Positions 27,052 through 37,800 of a stretch of DNA of 64,000 nucleotides are shown here, piece by piece. Each line of letters begins with the position of its first letter. Position 1 is the first letter of the stretch. The position numbers and the translations under genes are program-made. This stretch comes from a virus, in IMG/VR virus record IMGVR_UViG_3300036770_006434, positions 96,001 to 160,000 of that record. The stretch is one strand, 5' to 3'. The notes under the pieces are model-generated. The model was not told the DNA's origin, did not search any database, and saw nothing but the letters and a program-made list of their open reading frames with translations.

Positions 27052-27076
27052 TTCACGAGAAAACCATCGGGAATAC

Positions 27077-27083
27077 GTGTAAC
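27077..27083 (+). promoter_or_regulatory. Putative late promoter -10 element GTGTAAC
   Basis: GAAAA upstream; precedes ATG 27117. Confidence 0.6.
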
Positions 27084-27116
27084 CAATATCGCCAAACCAC
27101 GGGAAAGGTATAATTT

Positions 27117-28073
27117 ATGCCGCAATATCAGGCAGGTCAAGTTCGACTGGAGTCCGGAGTTCTGTATTCTTCAACGATGCAGCCGGTTCCGCGCGTCTCA
27201 AACGTGAGGATAGACTACAACGTTCCGCGCGCCAATGTTGGTGTATTGAACCGTGGGAAACCTCTTGAAGGCAGGCCGGTAATCAACTATACTCCCGTAG
27301 ACGCATCGGTTGAGTTCTACAAAAGCGACTCTTCCATTGAGCAGATGCTGGGACTGGTCAATGGAACCAGCGTCGTCTCGAATATTACAGAGACAAAGGC
27401 CGCCAATGCTACCTACGGAATCCGTTCCATGCAGGTTGCCTTTGCGCCGACCTCGTCTACCAACTACAACGGTCTTTATGATCTAAAGAGCGGCGTTCTA
27501 ACGAGTTACACCCTTCAGGGCGGAGTCGGCGACCCGGTTCGCGGCTCTTTCGGTCTGCAATTCTTGGATTGCTCTGGCTCCATCAATACAACCACCAGAG
27601 ACTCTTCAAACACTGCCGCAAATCTGGTAAAACCGGAAAACGTCTCTCTTACCGGCATTCAGTTTACCGGTTACGGGCTTACCGGCGTCACCATTCAATC
27701 CTTTTCCTTCAGTCTTGGTTTTGGCCGCGCCTCTGTCCAACAGCTTGGCACAAAATTCCCCACAGAGCGCCCGCTAACCGATGTGAATGCGTCTTTTCAG
27801 TGTCAGGGCTGGTTCGAGGGGATCAATAATTCGGTGACCGGCCTATCGCAATACGATTGCGGTGCGCCATCTGTCGGGGTCGTTGGCCTGACCATGCAGC
27901 CCTCCTGCGGCGGCGGGTCTCCCAGCACGATTACCATGAGGAATCCCTACATTGACAGCTTCTCCATTGATTCTCAAGTCGGAGGCTTTTCAACAGTGGC
28001 AATTTCTCTTTCCCTGCCTATTGGACCGAATCCAAACGAGACGAGCGACGGGTCTGTGGTCATATTCAATTGA
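27117..28073 (+). CDS. Tail-tube-like protein (paralog)
   Basis: 'RVSNVRIDYNVPRANVGVLN' and 'IQSFSFSLGFGRASVQQLG' repeats resemble 28162-29298. Confidence 0.6.
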   Translation: MPQYQAGQVRLESGVLYSSTMQPVPRVSNVRIDYNVPRANVGVLNRGKPLEGRPVINYTPVDASVEFYKSDSSIEQMLGLVNGTSVVSNITETKAANATYGIRSMQVAFAPTSSTNYNGLYDLKSGVLTSYTLQGGVGDPVRGSFGLQFLDCSGSINTTTRDSSNTAANLVKPENVSLTGIQFTGYGLTGVTIQSFSFSLGFGRASVQQLGTKFPTERPLTDVNASFQCQGWFEGINNSVTGLSQYDCGAPSVGVVGLTMQPSCGGGSPSTITMRNPYIDSFSIDSQVGGFSTVAISLSLPIGPNPNETSDGSVVIFN

Positions 28074-28111
28074 GTTTTCTCAATATTTAGACGGAAATCC
28101 ATCCGTTTCTT

Positions 28112-28118
28112 GTGTAAC
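28112..28118 (+). promoter_or_regulatory. Putative late promoter -10 element GTGTAAC
   Basis: GAAA-N14; precedes ATG 28162. Confidence 0.65.
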
Positions 28119-28161
28119 CCAAAGAGGGACCAGCATTTCCCGGTAAAACCTTTTACACACC

Positions 28162-29298
28162 ATGCCCGCATCCACTCCTCGCACTCGTCTTATCTTCCAG
28201 AACGTCAACGCGTTTGTCGGCCCTGCGGCCGGTTCTGGAACCACGGCTACTGGCGCTCACTATACCAGCGGCAATGTTCCCATTGGAAATCTTGTCGCTG
28301 AAATCGCCAATGTGACCTCGGCCACGCTGAATGTCGGTATCAACCGACAGGACATCAATGTCTTCGGCGTTCTTAACCGCGTTGATCAGATCATCATCGC
28401 TCCTCCGAGTATTACGATGGACCTGTCTTGGAACGTTACGGACGGTTACAATGAGTCGATTGTTGGTCTCAACGCTCTTGGAGGTTCTTTTATCTCTGGG
28501 CTTTTGACGAAGGTTTCGGATTCAAAGAATTACTTCTTAGCTATTTCGCAACAAGGCATTGATGATGACGGTGTGACCAACCCCAATCAGCGCGACGTTC
28601 TCGCCGTTGGCAATGGGTTTATATCAAATTATACGTTCAATGCCGCGGTCGGTCAAGTTGCTACGGCCTCAATTTCGATTGACGCCATGAACGTTGTGGG
28701 CTACACGGGCGCGAGCGGAAATAACATTCCAGCCATCAACCCTGAAACCAGCAGCCGAGTCACGACTTGGAACTTCCAGCTTCCGACTGCTACTACTATT
28801 ACGGGTGGCAACAACGTTTTCGCCCTTCGCCCCGGTGATATTACGCTTTCTTTCCCGACCAACGCCGGATTCCTTTCGCCACTGAGCGGTCAAAACGCGA
28901 TCAACGTTCAATCGGTCAGCATGTCTGTTCCGATCAGCCGTGTGACGCTTGACCGTTTGAACTCAACTTTTGGATATAGCCGAGAAATTCAGTTCCCGGT
29001 CAACTGTTCGCTGGCGATCCGCGCTCTGGCCACAGAAGTAAACCCGACCTCGTTTGATTCGCTTTACTGCAATGACCAAGCCTATAATTTGACGCTTACC
29101 CAGCGCCAGCCTAGCTGCAACGGAACAGGACTTAACGCTTTGATCATCGGATTTAACGAAGCCAAAATTGCAAGCTGGTCGCAGGGAATTACGGTCGGCG
29201 GAGACAGCACAATTGATATAAATGCGGTAGCACAGATCGCTGGCGCTACAGCTACTGACGGTATCACGTTCTCCGGTTACGGAGCGGTTCGGATTTAA
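28162..29298 (+). CDS. Major tail tube protein (tandem two-domain, T5 pb6-like architecture)
   Basis: Internal repeat 'VTSATLNVGINRQDINVFG...PPSITMDL' / 'VQSVSMSVPISRVTLDRLN...FPVNCSLAI'; own promoter and a strong terminator; upstream of the TAC and TMP genes. Confidence 0.7.
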   Translation: MPASTPRTRLIFQNVNAFVGPAAGSGTTATGAHYTSGNVPIGNLVAEIANVTSATLNVGINRQDINVFGVLNRVDQIIIAPPSITMDLSWNVTDGYNESIVGLNALGGSFISGLLTKVSDSKNYFLAISQQGIDDDGVTNPNQRDVLAVGNGFISNYTFNAAVGQVATASISIDAMNVVGYTGASGNNIPAINPETSSRVTTWNFQLPTATTITGGNNVFALRPGDITLSFPTNAGFLSPLSGQNAINVQSVSMSVPISRVTLDRLNSTFGYSREIQFPVNCSLAIRALATEVNPTSFDSLYCNDQAYNLTLTQRQPSCNGTGLNALIIGFNEAKIASWSQGITVGGDSTIDINAVAQIAGATATDGITFSGYGAVRI

Positions 29299-29323
29299 CT
29301 CAAAACACACTTCAAACCCCTAG

Positions 29324-29359
29324 ACCCGCAGACTAAAATCTGCGGGTTTTTCTTTTTTC
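29324..29359 (+). terminator. Intrinsic terminator after the major tail gene
   Basis: ACCCGCAGA-ctaaaa-TCTGCGGGT followed by a T-tract. Confidence 0.85.
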
Positions 29360-29379
29360 TGAAACTCCACCATTTTCCT

Positions 29380-29386
29380 GTGTAAC
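29380..29386 (+). promoter_or_regulatory. Putative late promoter -10 element GTGTAAC
   Basis: GAAA-N15; restarts transcription directly after the terminator. Confidence 0.65.
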
Positions 29387-29451
29387 CCCACTTTGCAGGC
29401 TTCTGTCAAAGGTCGCCGGCAGGAACGGAAGAGTAATACGAAACATTTCAC

Positions 29452-29769
29452 ATGAACGGAACGGAGCATTTTAGTCCGCACATTGTCGTGCCGGACCCCA
29501 CCGAACTGCTGAAGACCAAGGTTACCTTGGCTATCAACAGGATTATGGCGAACTATCTGACAAATCTGGAGCAGCTGGCAGATGAACACGATGAAGCCAT
29601 GGGTAAATTGATAGATACCCTGCCGCCGGAGTATAAGGCCAATGTCCATCTCGCTGACATCTATGGAGATACGAGATTTGAGGCTATCCGTAAGTTCGTT
29701 CTGAAGAGCGGGAATGACGGTAGGAGAGAGATTGAGGAAATGATTGATTTTCTCAAAGGAACAAAATGA
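29452..29769 (+). CDS. Hypothetical helical protein
   Basis: 105-aa ORF in the tail operon. Confidence 0.65.
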   Translation: MNGTEHFSPHIVVPDPTELLKTKVTLAINRIMANYLTNLEQLADEHDEAMGKLIDTLPPEYKANVHLADIYGDTRFEAIRKFVLKSGNDGRREIEEMIDFLKGTK

Positions 29770-29978
29770 AAGACGGGGCGATAAAGTTGGTGATAAAATC
29801 CGACGGACTCTCTACAAACACCCACTTGTGTTTATCCAATGGAGAAAAACTTGAACAGGTTGAATCGGTGCATTGGAGCATAAAGGTCGGAGAGGCGGCA
29901 AAATGCGTTTTAACTATGGCGGCAATACCCGTAGAGCTGGAGACAGACATGGAATCAGTTGAAATTTCAAGAAACTAA
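29766..29978 (+). CDS. Small hypothetical protein
   Basis: 70-aa ORF with an ATGA overlap to the upstream gene. Confidence 0.55.
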   Translation: MKDGAIKLVIKSDGLSTNTHLCLSNGEKLEQVESVHWSIKVGEAAKCVLTMAAIPVELETDMESVEISRN

Positions 29979-29997
29979 CAAAGAGCAAATCAGAAAA

Positions 29998-30843
29998 ATG
30001 AGCACCACAAACACGAGCACGGACATCAAAATTCTCCACCAGTGGGAAGTAACGGTCACCAAAGAGGTGGACGAAACGACGGCGGAAACGGTCAACGGTC
30101 AGGTCGTCAATGTGACGAGAAAGGTCTCGAAACCGGTAGTCACCAAGATGGCGCTGAAACGCCCGACCCGGCGCGAACTGCGCGCGGCCGAACTGTTCTA
30201 CGGCAAGGAGTTCAATAAATTCGTCCAAATGGGGTTCCTGCCCGAGTCCATCATGCGAAACAAGATGATCGACATCTCCGGCGGGGTCATTTCCGAGAAA
30301 GAGCGGGACCGCGCCGAGAAGTTGACCCACAAACTGGTCGCTTTGGAGATGGATTTGGCGCGGCTCGCCACGAAAAGCGGCGACGTAGAAGAGGAGAAAA
30401 AGGACATCCAATCCCAAATGGTGGCTATCCGCACGGAACTCATCAACCTGAACGCCGTCAAGGAAGCGGCCTTTTCCCAAAGCGCAGAGGCCCGTGCCAA
30501 CAGCCAGTTGCAGAGCTGGTTCTCGTTCTTCCTTGTGTATATCGACAAAAATGGGAAGTGGGTCCCCTACTTTGAAGGTGAATCCTTCGATAACAAAGAG
30601 GAGTTTATGTGGAAGCTGGAAGAAGATGATGACAAATTCTATTCTATCGCTTCTTCCAAGATAGCTACCTACGTGGGGTGGTTCAGTCACGGTGCCGATA
30701 GCCCCGAGGCGTTCAAGGCGATTGACGAGGAGATGGCCAAGCAGCTGAATGCGGACAAGGTCAAGGAAGACGACGTGAAAGGTGAGCCCCTCGCCACGGA
30801 AGCCGAAGAGCCTGCCAAGCAGCCGGAAGCCCCGGCGGCTTAA
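29998..30843 (+). CDS. Putative tail assembly chaperone 1
   Basis: Acidic, helical protein between the tube gene and TMP. Confidence 0.5.
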   Translation: MSTTNTSTDIKILHQWEVTVTKEVDETTAETVNGQVVNVTRKVSKPVVTKMALKRPTRRELRAAELFYGKEFNKFVQMGFLPESIMRNKMIDISGGVISEKERDRAEKLTHKLVALEMDLARLATKSGDVEEEKKDIQSQMVAIRTELINLNAVKEAAFSQSAEARANSQLQSWFSFFLVYIDKNGKWVPYFEGESFDNKEEFMWKLEEDDDKFYSIASSKIATYVGWFSHGADSPEAFKAIDEEMAKQLNADKVKEDDVKGEPLATEAEEPAKQPEAPAA

Positions 30844-31809
30844 TTGCCCCGTGTGGACTCGCTGCGAAGAGCATTCCGCGACATATCCGCTGGCTACACT
30901 CGCGGGACCATACTGGGCCGCCCGGCAGTCATAAAACACCTCTCGCACTCGGACCAGATTGATCTGGACGACAAGCGAGAGGAGTTCTATGAATTTGCGC
31001 GCTCTAACGGAGCAAAAACCGACGAAGAGCGGTTGAAGGAGGCTATCAAATCCGGCCAATGGTCCGGTGAAAAAGAGCGGGAACTTGCCCGCGCCAAGAC
31101 GTATATAGAGGAGCTGTATGAGGGTAAGAAAAAGAATGTGAACAACCCGTCCATGGTCAAGGCGTATATGGACAAAATTGAACAGGCCAAAAAGGAGTAT
31201 GAACAGAAACAGATGGATAAGCGCATGGTTTTGGGTCGGACCTGCGAGGTATACGCGGAAGAAGAGATAAACGACTACTATATTCTATACAATCTGTTTA
31301 AGGATATAGACTTACGGATTCCACTATTCAGGGTGGAGGACTTGGATTACGTGCCGGAAAAGGACATGTCCCAAATCTCCAACGACTACCGGAAAGCTAT
31401 GGAACCGTGTTCCGACAAGGGGGTCAAAAAGCTGGCGATGCAGGGCTTTTTCCAACGTTATTTCCAGATTTGCCAAGACGATTTTACCTCCTTTTTTGGT
31501 GTTCCAATCTGCCGGCTGACCTTCAATCAGGTAGACCTTATCCGTTGGGGCTCCCATTTTAAGGGACTCTACTCCAAGCACGACGTATCGAAGTGGCCGA
31601 AAAACGTATTGGATGATCCGGATTTGATGATAGAATACGCTTCTTCCGTGGATGAAAAAAGGCGGGAACTGGAGGAAAAGGGCGCAAATGACGCGGACAC
31701 AATGGTAATTGGCATGAAAGATGAGGACGCCAAAGTAACGGGAGTAAAGTCCCATAACCCTATCCAGAAGATAGCCAATATGGGAATGGACTTCTTTGGC
31801 AAGAAATAG
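30844..31809 (+). CDS. Putative tail assembly chaperone 2
   Basis: Immediately upstream of TMP; TTG or GTG (30853) start in the same frame as the previous gene. Confidence 0.5.
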   Translation: MPRVDSLRRAFRDISAGYTRGTILGRPAVIKHLSHSDQIDLDDKREEFYEFARSNGAKTDEERLKEAIKSGQWSGEKERELARAKTYIEELYEGKKKNVNNPSMVKAYMDKIEQAKKEYEQKQMDKRMVLGRTCEVYAEEEINDYYILYNLFKDIDLRIPLFRVEDLDYVPEKDMSQISNDYRKAMEPCSDKGVKKLAMQGFFQRYFQICQDDFTSFFGVPICRLTFNQVDLIRWGSHFKGLYSKHDVSKWPKNVLDDPDLMIEYASSVDEKRRELEEKGANDADTMVIGMKDEDAKVTGVKSHNPIQKIANMGMDFFGKK

Positions 31810-31820
31810 TCCCTGATTCC

Positions 31821-31827
31821 GTGTAAC
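31821..31827 (+). promoter_or_regulatory. Putative late promoter -10 element GTGTAAC
   Basis: GAAA-N14; precedes the TMP start. Confidence 0.6.
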
Positions 31828-31886
31828 AATACGGGAGAGAACTCTGTCACCGGAGTTCCCAAGGAATCCAAAGACCTTTTACCGGA

Positions 31887-34800
31887 ATGGCCGACCAAAC
31901 CTCAGTCACGTTCAACTACGATCTCGCCCCGTCGGCGCAGGTGCAGTCCAAGCTGCAACGGCAGTTCAACGAGTTTGAGAAACGGCTGATCTTTAAGGGG
32001 CCGTTCGGTCAAATGAACCGAGAGGTGCGGACGTTCCAGTCCGAAATGGAACGCGCGAATCAGCGAGTAATCACGCTGGGGGCCTCTTTTGCCGTCCTGT
32101 CTTCTTCGATCAGAATCCTGAAGGACATTGTTAGGTCCACGATTGAGGTAGAAAAGTCCCTCACCGATATCAATGCCGTTTTCGGGCTTTCCGCCCAGAA
32201 TCTGGACAAATTCTCCAAAGACCTGTTCAATGTGGCGCGGAACACCAGCCAATCCTTTGACAAGGCCGCAGAAGCCGCAAAAGAGTTCTCCCGCCAAGGT
32301 CTGTCGGCAGAAGAGACGTTAAAGAGAACGAGGGACGCCCTGATTCTCACGCGTCTCGCCAATCTGGACGTGTCCAAGTCCGTAGACGTTCTTACGGCCT
32401 CCATCAACGGGTTCCAGAAGAGCGCGCTGAACTCCACGGAGATCATTAACAAGCTGGCCACGGTTGACGCCAAATTCGCGGTGTCATCCTCGGACCTTGC
32501 GGAAGCCCTCTCGCGTGCAGGTGCCGCCGCCTCGGACGCTGGCGTGTCCTTTGACCAATTGCTCGGTATCGTTACATCGGTCCAACAGACTACGGCGCGA
32601 GGCGGTTCCGTCATCGGTAACGCGCTGAAAACGATCTTCACCCGTGTCGAGCGCCGGGATACGATTGAGGCTTTTCGGTCTCTCGGCGTTGCAGTGGAAG
32701 ACTCCAGCGGCCAAATCCTCGGGGCCATCCCGCTTTTGCAGAATTTCGCTAGGTCCTATGACAAACTGTCGGACTCAACCAAAAAGCAGGCGGCGGAACT
32801 GGTCGGCGGCGTTTACCAGATCAACATCCTGAAAGCGGCTTTGGGCGACTTGGCCCGCGCCAACGGTATCGCGGCTCAGGCCACCAGAACGGCGGCAGGA
32901 GCCACGGACGAGGCCATCGAACGTAACGAGGTCCTGAACAAGACTCTGGACGCGACTCTGACCCGCTTGGGAACGAGTTTCAAACAGATCGGCTCCAATA
33001 TCGGCAGCCTGTCCTTTGCGAATCCGCTCAAAGACTTGTTGAACACCATTCAGGGTGGCGGCATCATGAAGGCTCTGGAAGACGCTTCCGGCGGGGCTGA
33101 GACTGCCGGTGGAAAAGTCGCGCAAATGTTTCTGTCCGGATTTGGTGCGGCCATAACCTACGGACTTGCGCCCCTTCTGGCTTTTGGCGTCGGCAGAATC
33201 GTAACGGGAACATTCAAAAATCTATTCAAGGACGCAAAAGAAATCACGTTTCTAAACAAGGAGGCGTCCACTCAGGCCCAGATACAAAACCAGCTGGTCG
33301 GTCTTTATCGCGCTGGCGGAGCAGCACTACAGCAACAGCTCTCCACCATGTCTACCATGACGGAGAAGGCCGCTTACCTGAACACGCTCATGCGGAGCAG
33401 TTCTGCGGCGGTAGTTTCCCCAAGGAGAATGGCGCAGTTCATGGCTAAGGGCGTCCCGCGCTCGGCTGGCGGCTACATTCCCATGGGAGAAGAATCCGCC
33501 GCCATTGCTGCGGGGGTCGGCGGTGCGCCGGCAGGAGCCAGACCCGTTTATCTGCCGTCCTTCAATCGCGGCGGCGGTCAACGCGGGATTGTAGCGAATA
33601 CCAGTGAGTTTATCGTGCCCGGTGCGGCGGGCGGTGCAATTTTCAATCGGGAAATGATCCAGAAATATGGGCTTCCGCCCGGCAGCACTCCGGTGGCGGC
33701 GGGTGGGTATATTCCGAATGCCGCAGAAGGAGTTATCAAAACACATGTCGATTACTCTAGCTTTAGATCATCGCGTGGAACATTTGTTAGCAAAGAATCA
33801 ATCGCCCAAATTGATGATTTGCTCAAGGCAATAACCAAAGCGGGTAGCGGACAAGAAGCTCGCCAACTTGGCAAAGGCGTAATTGATCTAGCGGAAGGTC
33901 TGAACAGAATGTCAAAAGGAAAAGTTTGGGAAGAACTTGGGCGTATTTACACTTTGTTTGATCGAGGATACTATGGCGGAACTCCTGCCGGTCCCGGCCA
34001 GTTGCCCGACATGCCAAGCTCGCCAAGAGGAACCGGGGTGGGAGCACCGTTTACAGCCATTCCATATATGCCTCAAGTATATGCAGAAAAATATTTTAAG
34101 AAAAATTTTTCATCTCTTCGATTAAAGGATTTGTCTTATGCTTCTGGACTATTTGATCTTACTTCCGATTCTGGAGATAGGTTTCTGGCCGAGCAGATCG
34201 GAAGACGATCTTCCAATTTTAACGCATTAAATAAAAATGGAAATATTCAAGGTCTAGCCTTGGCGGACGCCATTACGGCATCCCGTGGCTTGGCATATGG
34301 AACCACGTTAACGGATCAATTCAATCAGACGGTTCAAGCATCAATCCAATCTGGAAAAGGAATTTTAACCGCCTATAGAGAAGCGATTCAACAACTAACC
34401 ACCGAAACAACGAATCGAAAACAAATAAATTCAATTATTCGCAAATCAATTCCGACAAATGTCGCTTTTGAAAAGGAGCGCGGAGAATCGTTGGCACTTG
34501 CAAGGCTTGAAAACAAATCCATAAAAGGTTCTATTTCTAGGCAGGCCATTTTGAACGCAGCGGTCCAAAGAGTCGAAGGCGGCGCAAGGCTTTCCGATTT
34601 GACCCCTCAGCAAAGAGGGCTATTTATTTCCGGCCTGCGCCAAAAGGCCGCGAATGACCTCGGGTTTGGCGGCCAAGACATTTCCACCGTTTTAAGAGAC
34701 AAAGACGCCAGATCGCAGATCAACCAAATTGTTTCAAGGGAAATGGCGGTCATAAACTCACAGCCAAGAGAGATTCCGCCCCTTCTTTCTGGTCGTGGCA

Positions 34801-37800
34801 AGACCTCGTCTTTCCTTCAAAGAGCCATGGGCAGACTCAATTCTCCCTCGGGTTCTCTGGCCTTGGCTCTTGGGCCGTCATTTGCGGCGGGACTAATACC
34901 CGAAGGCAGTGGTGGAACCACGTCTGGAATGGGATTTGGTGCCCTTAAAGGTGGTCTGAGTGGAGCGGGAGTCGGTGCCGGTATAGGCTCTTTCATCCCC
35001 GGAATCGGAACCGCCGCTGGCGCTGGTATCGGTGGTGCCATCGGCTCTGCTTATGGCTTCCTGTCTAAATTCAGAGAATCTTTTGAAGAACTGTCCACAA
35101 GACTGGAAGAGTCTACGAAAGAAGTGACGCAGGAATTTGACAATACCGCCAAAATCATCAGGCTGAGAGGGGAGGCTAGCCGCGCCCGCGCCGAAGGAAG
35201 AGAAAGAGACGCTTATGCAGCGGAAAACGAGGCTGCCGATCTTGTCCGAGGGACTAGAAACCAGAAATACATGGACTTTTTGGGGAAGAATCGTTTTAAC
35301 CCCAATTTGGAATCTGATTTTGCAGAGTTTGGCGGCGCAGAAGTTGAATCCAATTTCTTGCGCAAACAGATGCTTTATGCGGGAAAACTGGGGGAAAAGC
35401 CCCTAATACCTTTTGAATCTATGCTTTCAAAAGGCGGCCTTGGAATGGCGTTAGGCTCTATTATCCCCGGAATAGGACCGTCTCTTGGTGCTGGAATAGG
35501 CGGTATGGTTGGATCGGGTTATATTGATAAGTTTCTGCCAAAAGAATATACAAAACAGCCATTTGAGGAGTCTGCCGCAGAAGAAGCGTCCAAAGGATTG
35601 CGACAAATCGTAAAACAGCTACCCAACATTGTTTTGGCGAATCTTCAGACCAAAGCGGCATCTGACCCGTTAGGCGCTATGGCCCTCATCGCTGGGATGA
35701 GCGGCATGCAGGGTTCGGAGGTCAAAGCACTGATGTCAAATGTGAACCCCGATTTCGCCAGAAGCGCGGTAATTGGAGCCACATCTCAGGCCATCCGTGG
35801 TAACCTGAACGTCCAACAAAATGCCACCCCCAATCAGGCATATAGAGATTTGAACCAAGCTCAGATTACCGAAATGGTGATATCCCGCAAAATGAGGGCT
35901 TCACTATCCGATCTTTCGTTCTCTTCTGGCAACCAAATCGAGCAAAACAGACAGAGACTTTTGCTTGGCAAAGAATACCTCTCCGATTCGGACAGATTGA
36001 CGATGGAGAGAAATTACGGTCAAGCCAACATAGAGAGAGAAACCGCGCAAAAACGCAAGACTCTTGTCACGGGTGGAATTGCGGACCTATTTTCGCAACT
36101 TGGACAACAAAACGTTCTTGATCCAAAGGTTTTTTCAAGAATTGGGTCAATAGAGAGGTCAAGAGACCCGTTGAATGAATTGCTGAAACTACAGTCGGTT
36201 CTTTCAAATTCTCAAAAACCGTCTGATTTAGCTGGGGTATACACCAAAGAATTCATGAACCAACTCGGCGAAATGATTCAAAGCATCAAAGTTTTGAATG
36301 AAACCGAAAAACTGAACATCAAAGTCAATAACGAAACCAACGCTTTGATGCAGAAAGATTTGGCGGAGAAAAAGACGTTTGAATACGCGGTTCAAATGGG
36401 CAGAAAGCGCGGCGATGACGCTAGGGAAGCAGTTGCCTTGGCGATGAGGCAGGGAGAGCTTAGCTCCGTTATTGAAAACAATATATTGAATGAGGACGAG
36501 ACAGAATACCGCAACTCTCTAAGGGAGGGCAAATCTGGCTTTAGCGAATCTGGGCTATTCTCTTTGTTGGCGTCCAACTCGAAAAGGAGAAGCATTCTGT
36601 CGTCAAGAGAGTCCGATAGCGCCATAATCAATGCGTATAAAGAAAACCCAAGTCTTTTCTCTGGGTCCGAAATCGGTTCGTCCATTTTTGGCGACGCAAA
36701 GGAAAGGGGCAGACTTGGCAAAACTCAAGGCTCCTTCCTCGGCGGCTTCCGTTCCGTCATAGAAGGTGCCAAACGCGACCTTCTGGACTTCTCGGAAATC
36801 GGTGCCCAAGTCGCGAATTCCCTGCAATCCAATCTGACCAGTTTTTGGACCGATTTCGCGACCGGCGCTATCAGCGGAAAAAACGCCTTCCGCAGTTTCG
36901 CGGCTTCAGTTCTGACGGACGCCTCCCGGATGCTGGCCTCCAAAGCGTTTTCGGCGGTTCTGTCATCTATCCCCGGGTTCGGTCTCTCTTCCGGCGGTCG
37001 CGTCGGCTTTGCGGCTGGCGGCATGGTCCCGGCAATGCTGACCGGCGGCGAATACGTGTTCGGCCCCAAAGCGGTTCAACAGATTGGGCCGGAAACCCTC
37101 CGCCGCCTGAATGGCTACGCGAACGGCGGCATGGTGCGCGGCGGTTCCGGCGTGCGTGATGACGTGCCGGCGGACTTGCCGACGGGTTCTTTTGTCATCA
37201 AAAAGAGTTCGGCCCAACGCCTTGGCAGCGGTTACCTGAACGCTTTGGCGGAGGGTAAGGTCCAAAACAGGTTCTTGGGCGGCCTCATGAGCACGGCTCT
37301 TGGCGGTGCCTTGACTGGCGGCGTCCTTGGCGGCGGTCTCGGCTATCTGGTCGGCGGCAAGAAGGGGGCAATCGGCGGCGCTCTACTTGGCGCAATCGGC
37401 GGCGGCTTATATGGGTATAACAGCGGCCAAATGTCAGCCGGAATGCAGGCGTATGGGCTGCAAAACGAAGTGGCTGGACTCAGCGTAGGGACTAAGGCGA
37501 TGCTGGGTATCGGCGCTTCCGCAGGTCTCGGTCTCCTTGCCGGCGGTATCTCGTCAAAGGGACTAAAGAAGGAGTCCTCTTACATTTCCGAAGATCAGGT
37601 CCCGGCCCTTCGCGCGCAACTGGAGCAGAACCAGCTGGCGGGGCGGAAAGCTGGCCAACAAGTTTTCCTGCAAATCAACCCGCAGGGCGGCTACTCTCTG
37701 GCCGGATTTGACAGTGCCCCCGCTACCCGGCGCTGGGCAAATGGCGGGGGAGTCGATCTCCCGATGTCATCCGGCCCAAGTTCCCCGATGTTCCAAGGTT

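Noticed and set aside
29914-31059. 381-aa minus-strand ORF, and similar long antisense ORFs at 18716-19633, 20277-21179, 51609-52307, 52323-53159, 53045-53707 and 62192-62983
   Set aside because: They are shadows of strongly codon-biased genes on the other strand. They have no recognisable motifs or start signals and fully overlap well-supported genes.
23899-31809. Contractile-tail (sheath/baseplate wedge) genes
   Set aside because: No sheath-sized or sheath-like ORF was found, and the tail tip follows the lambda M-L-K-I-J order.
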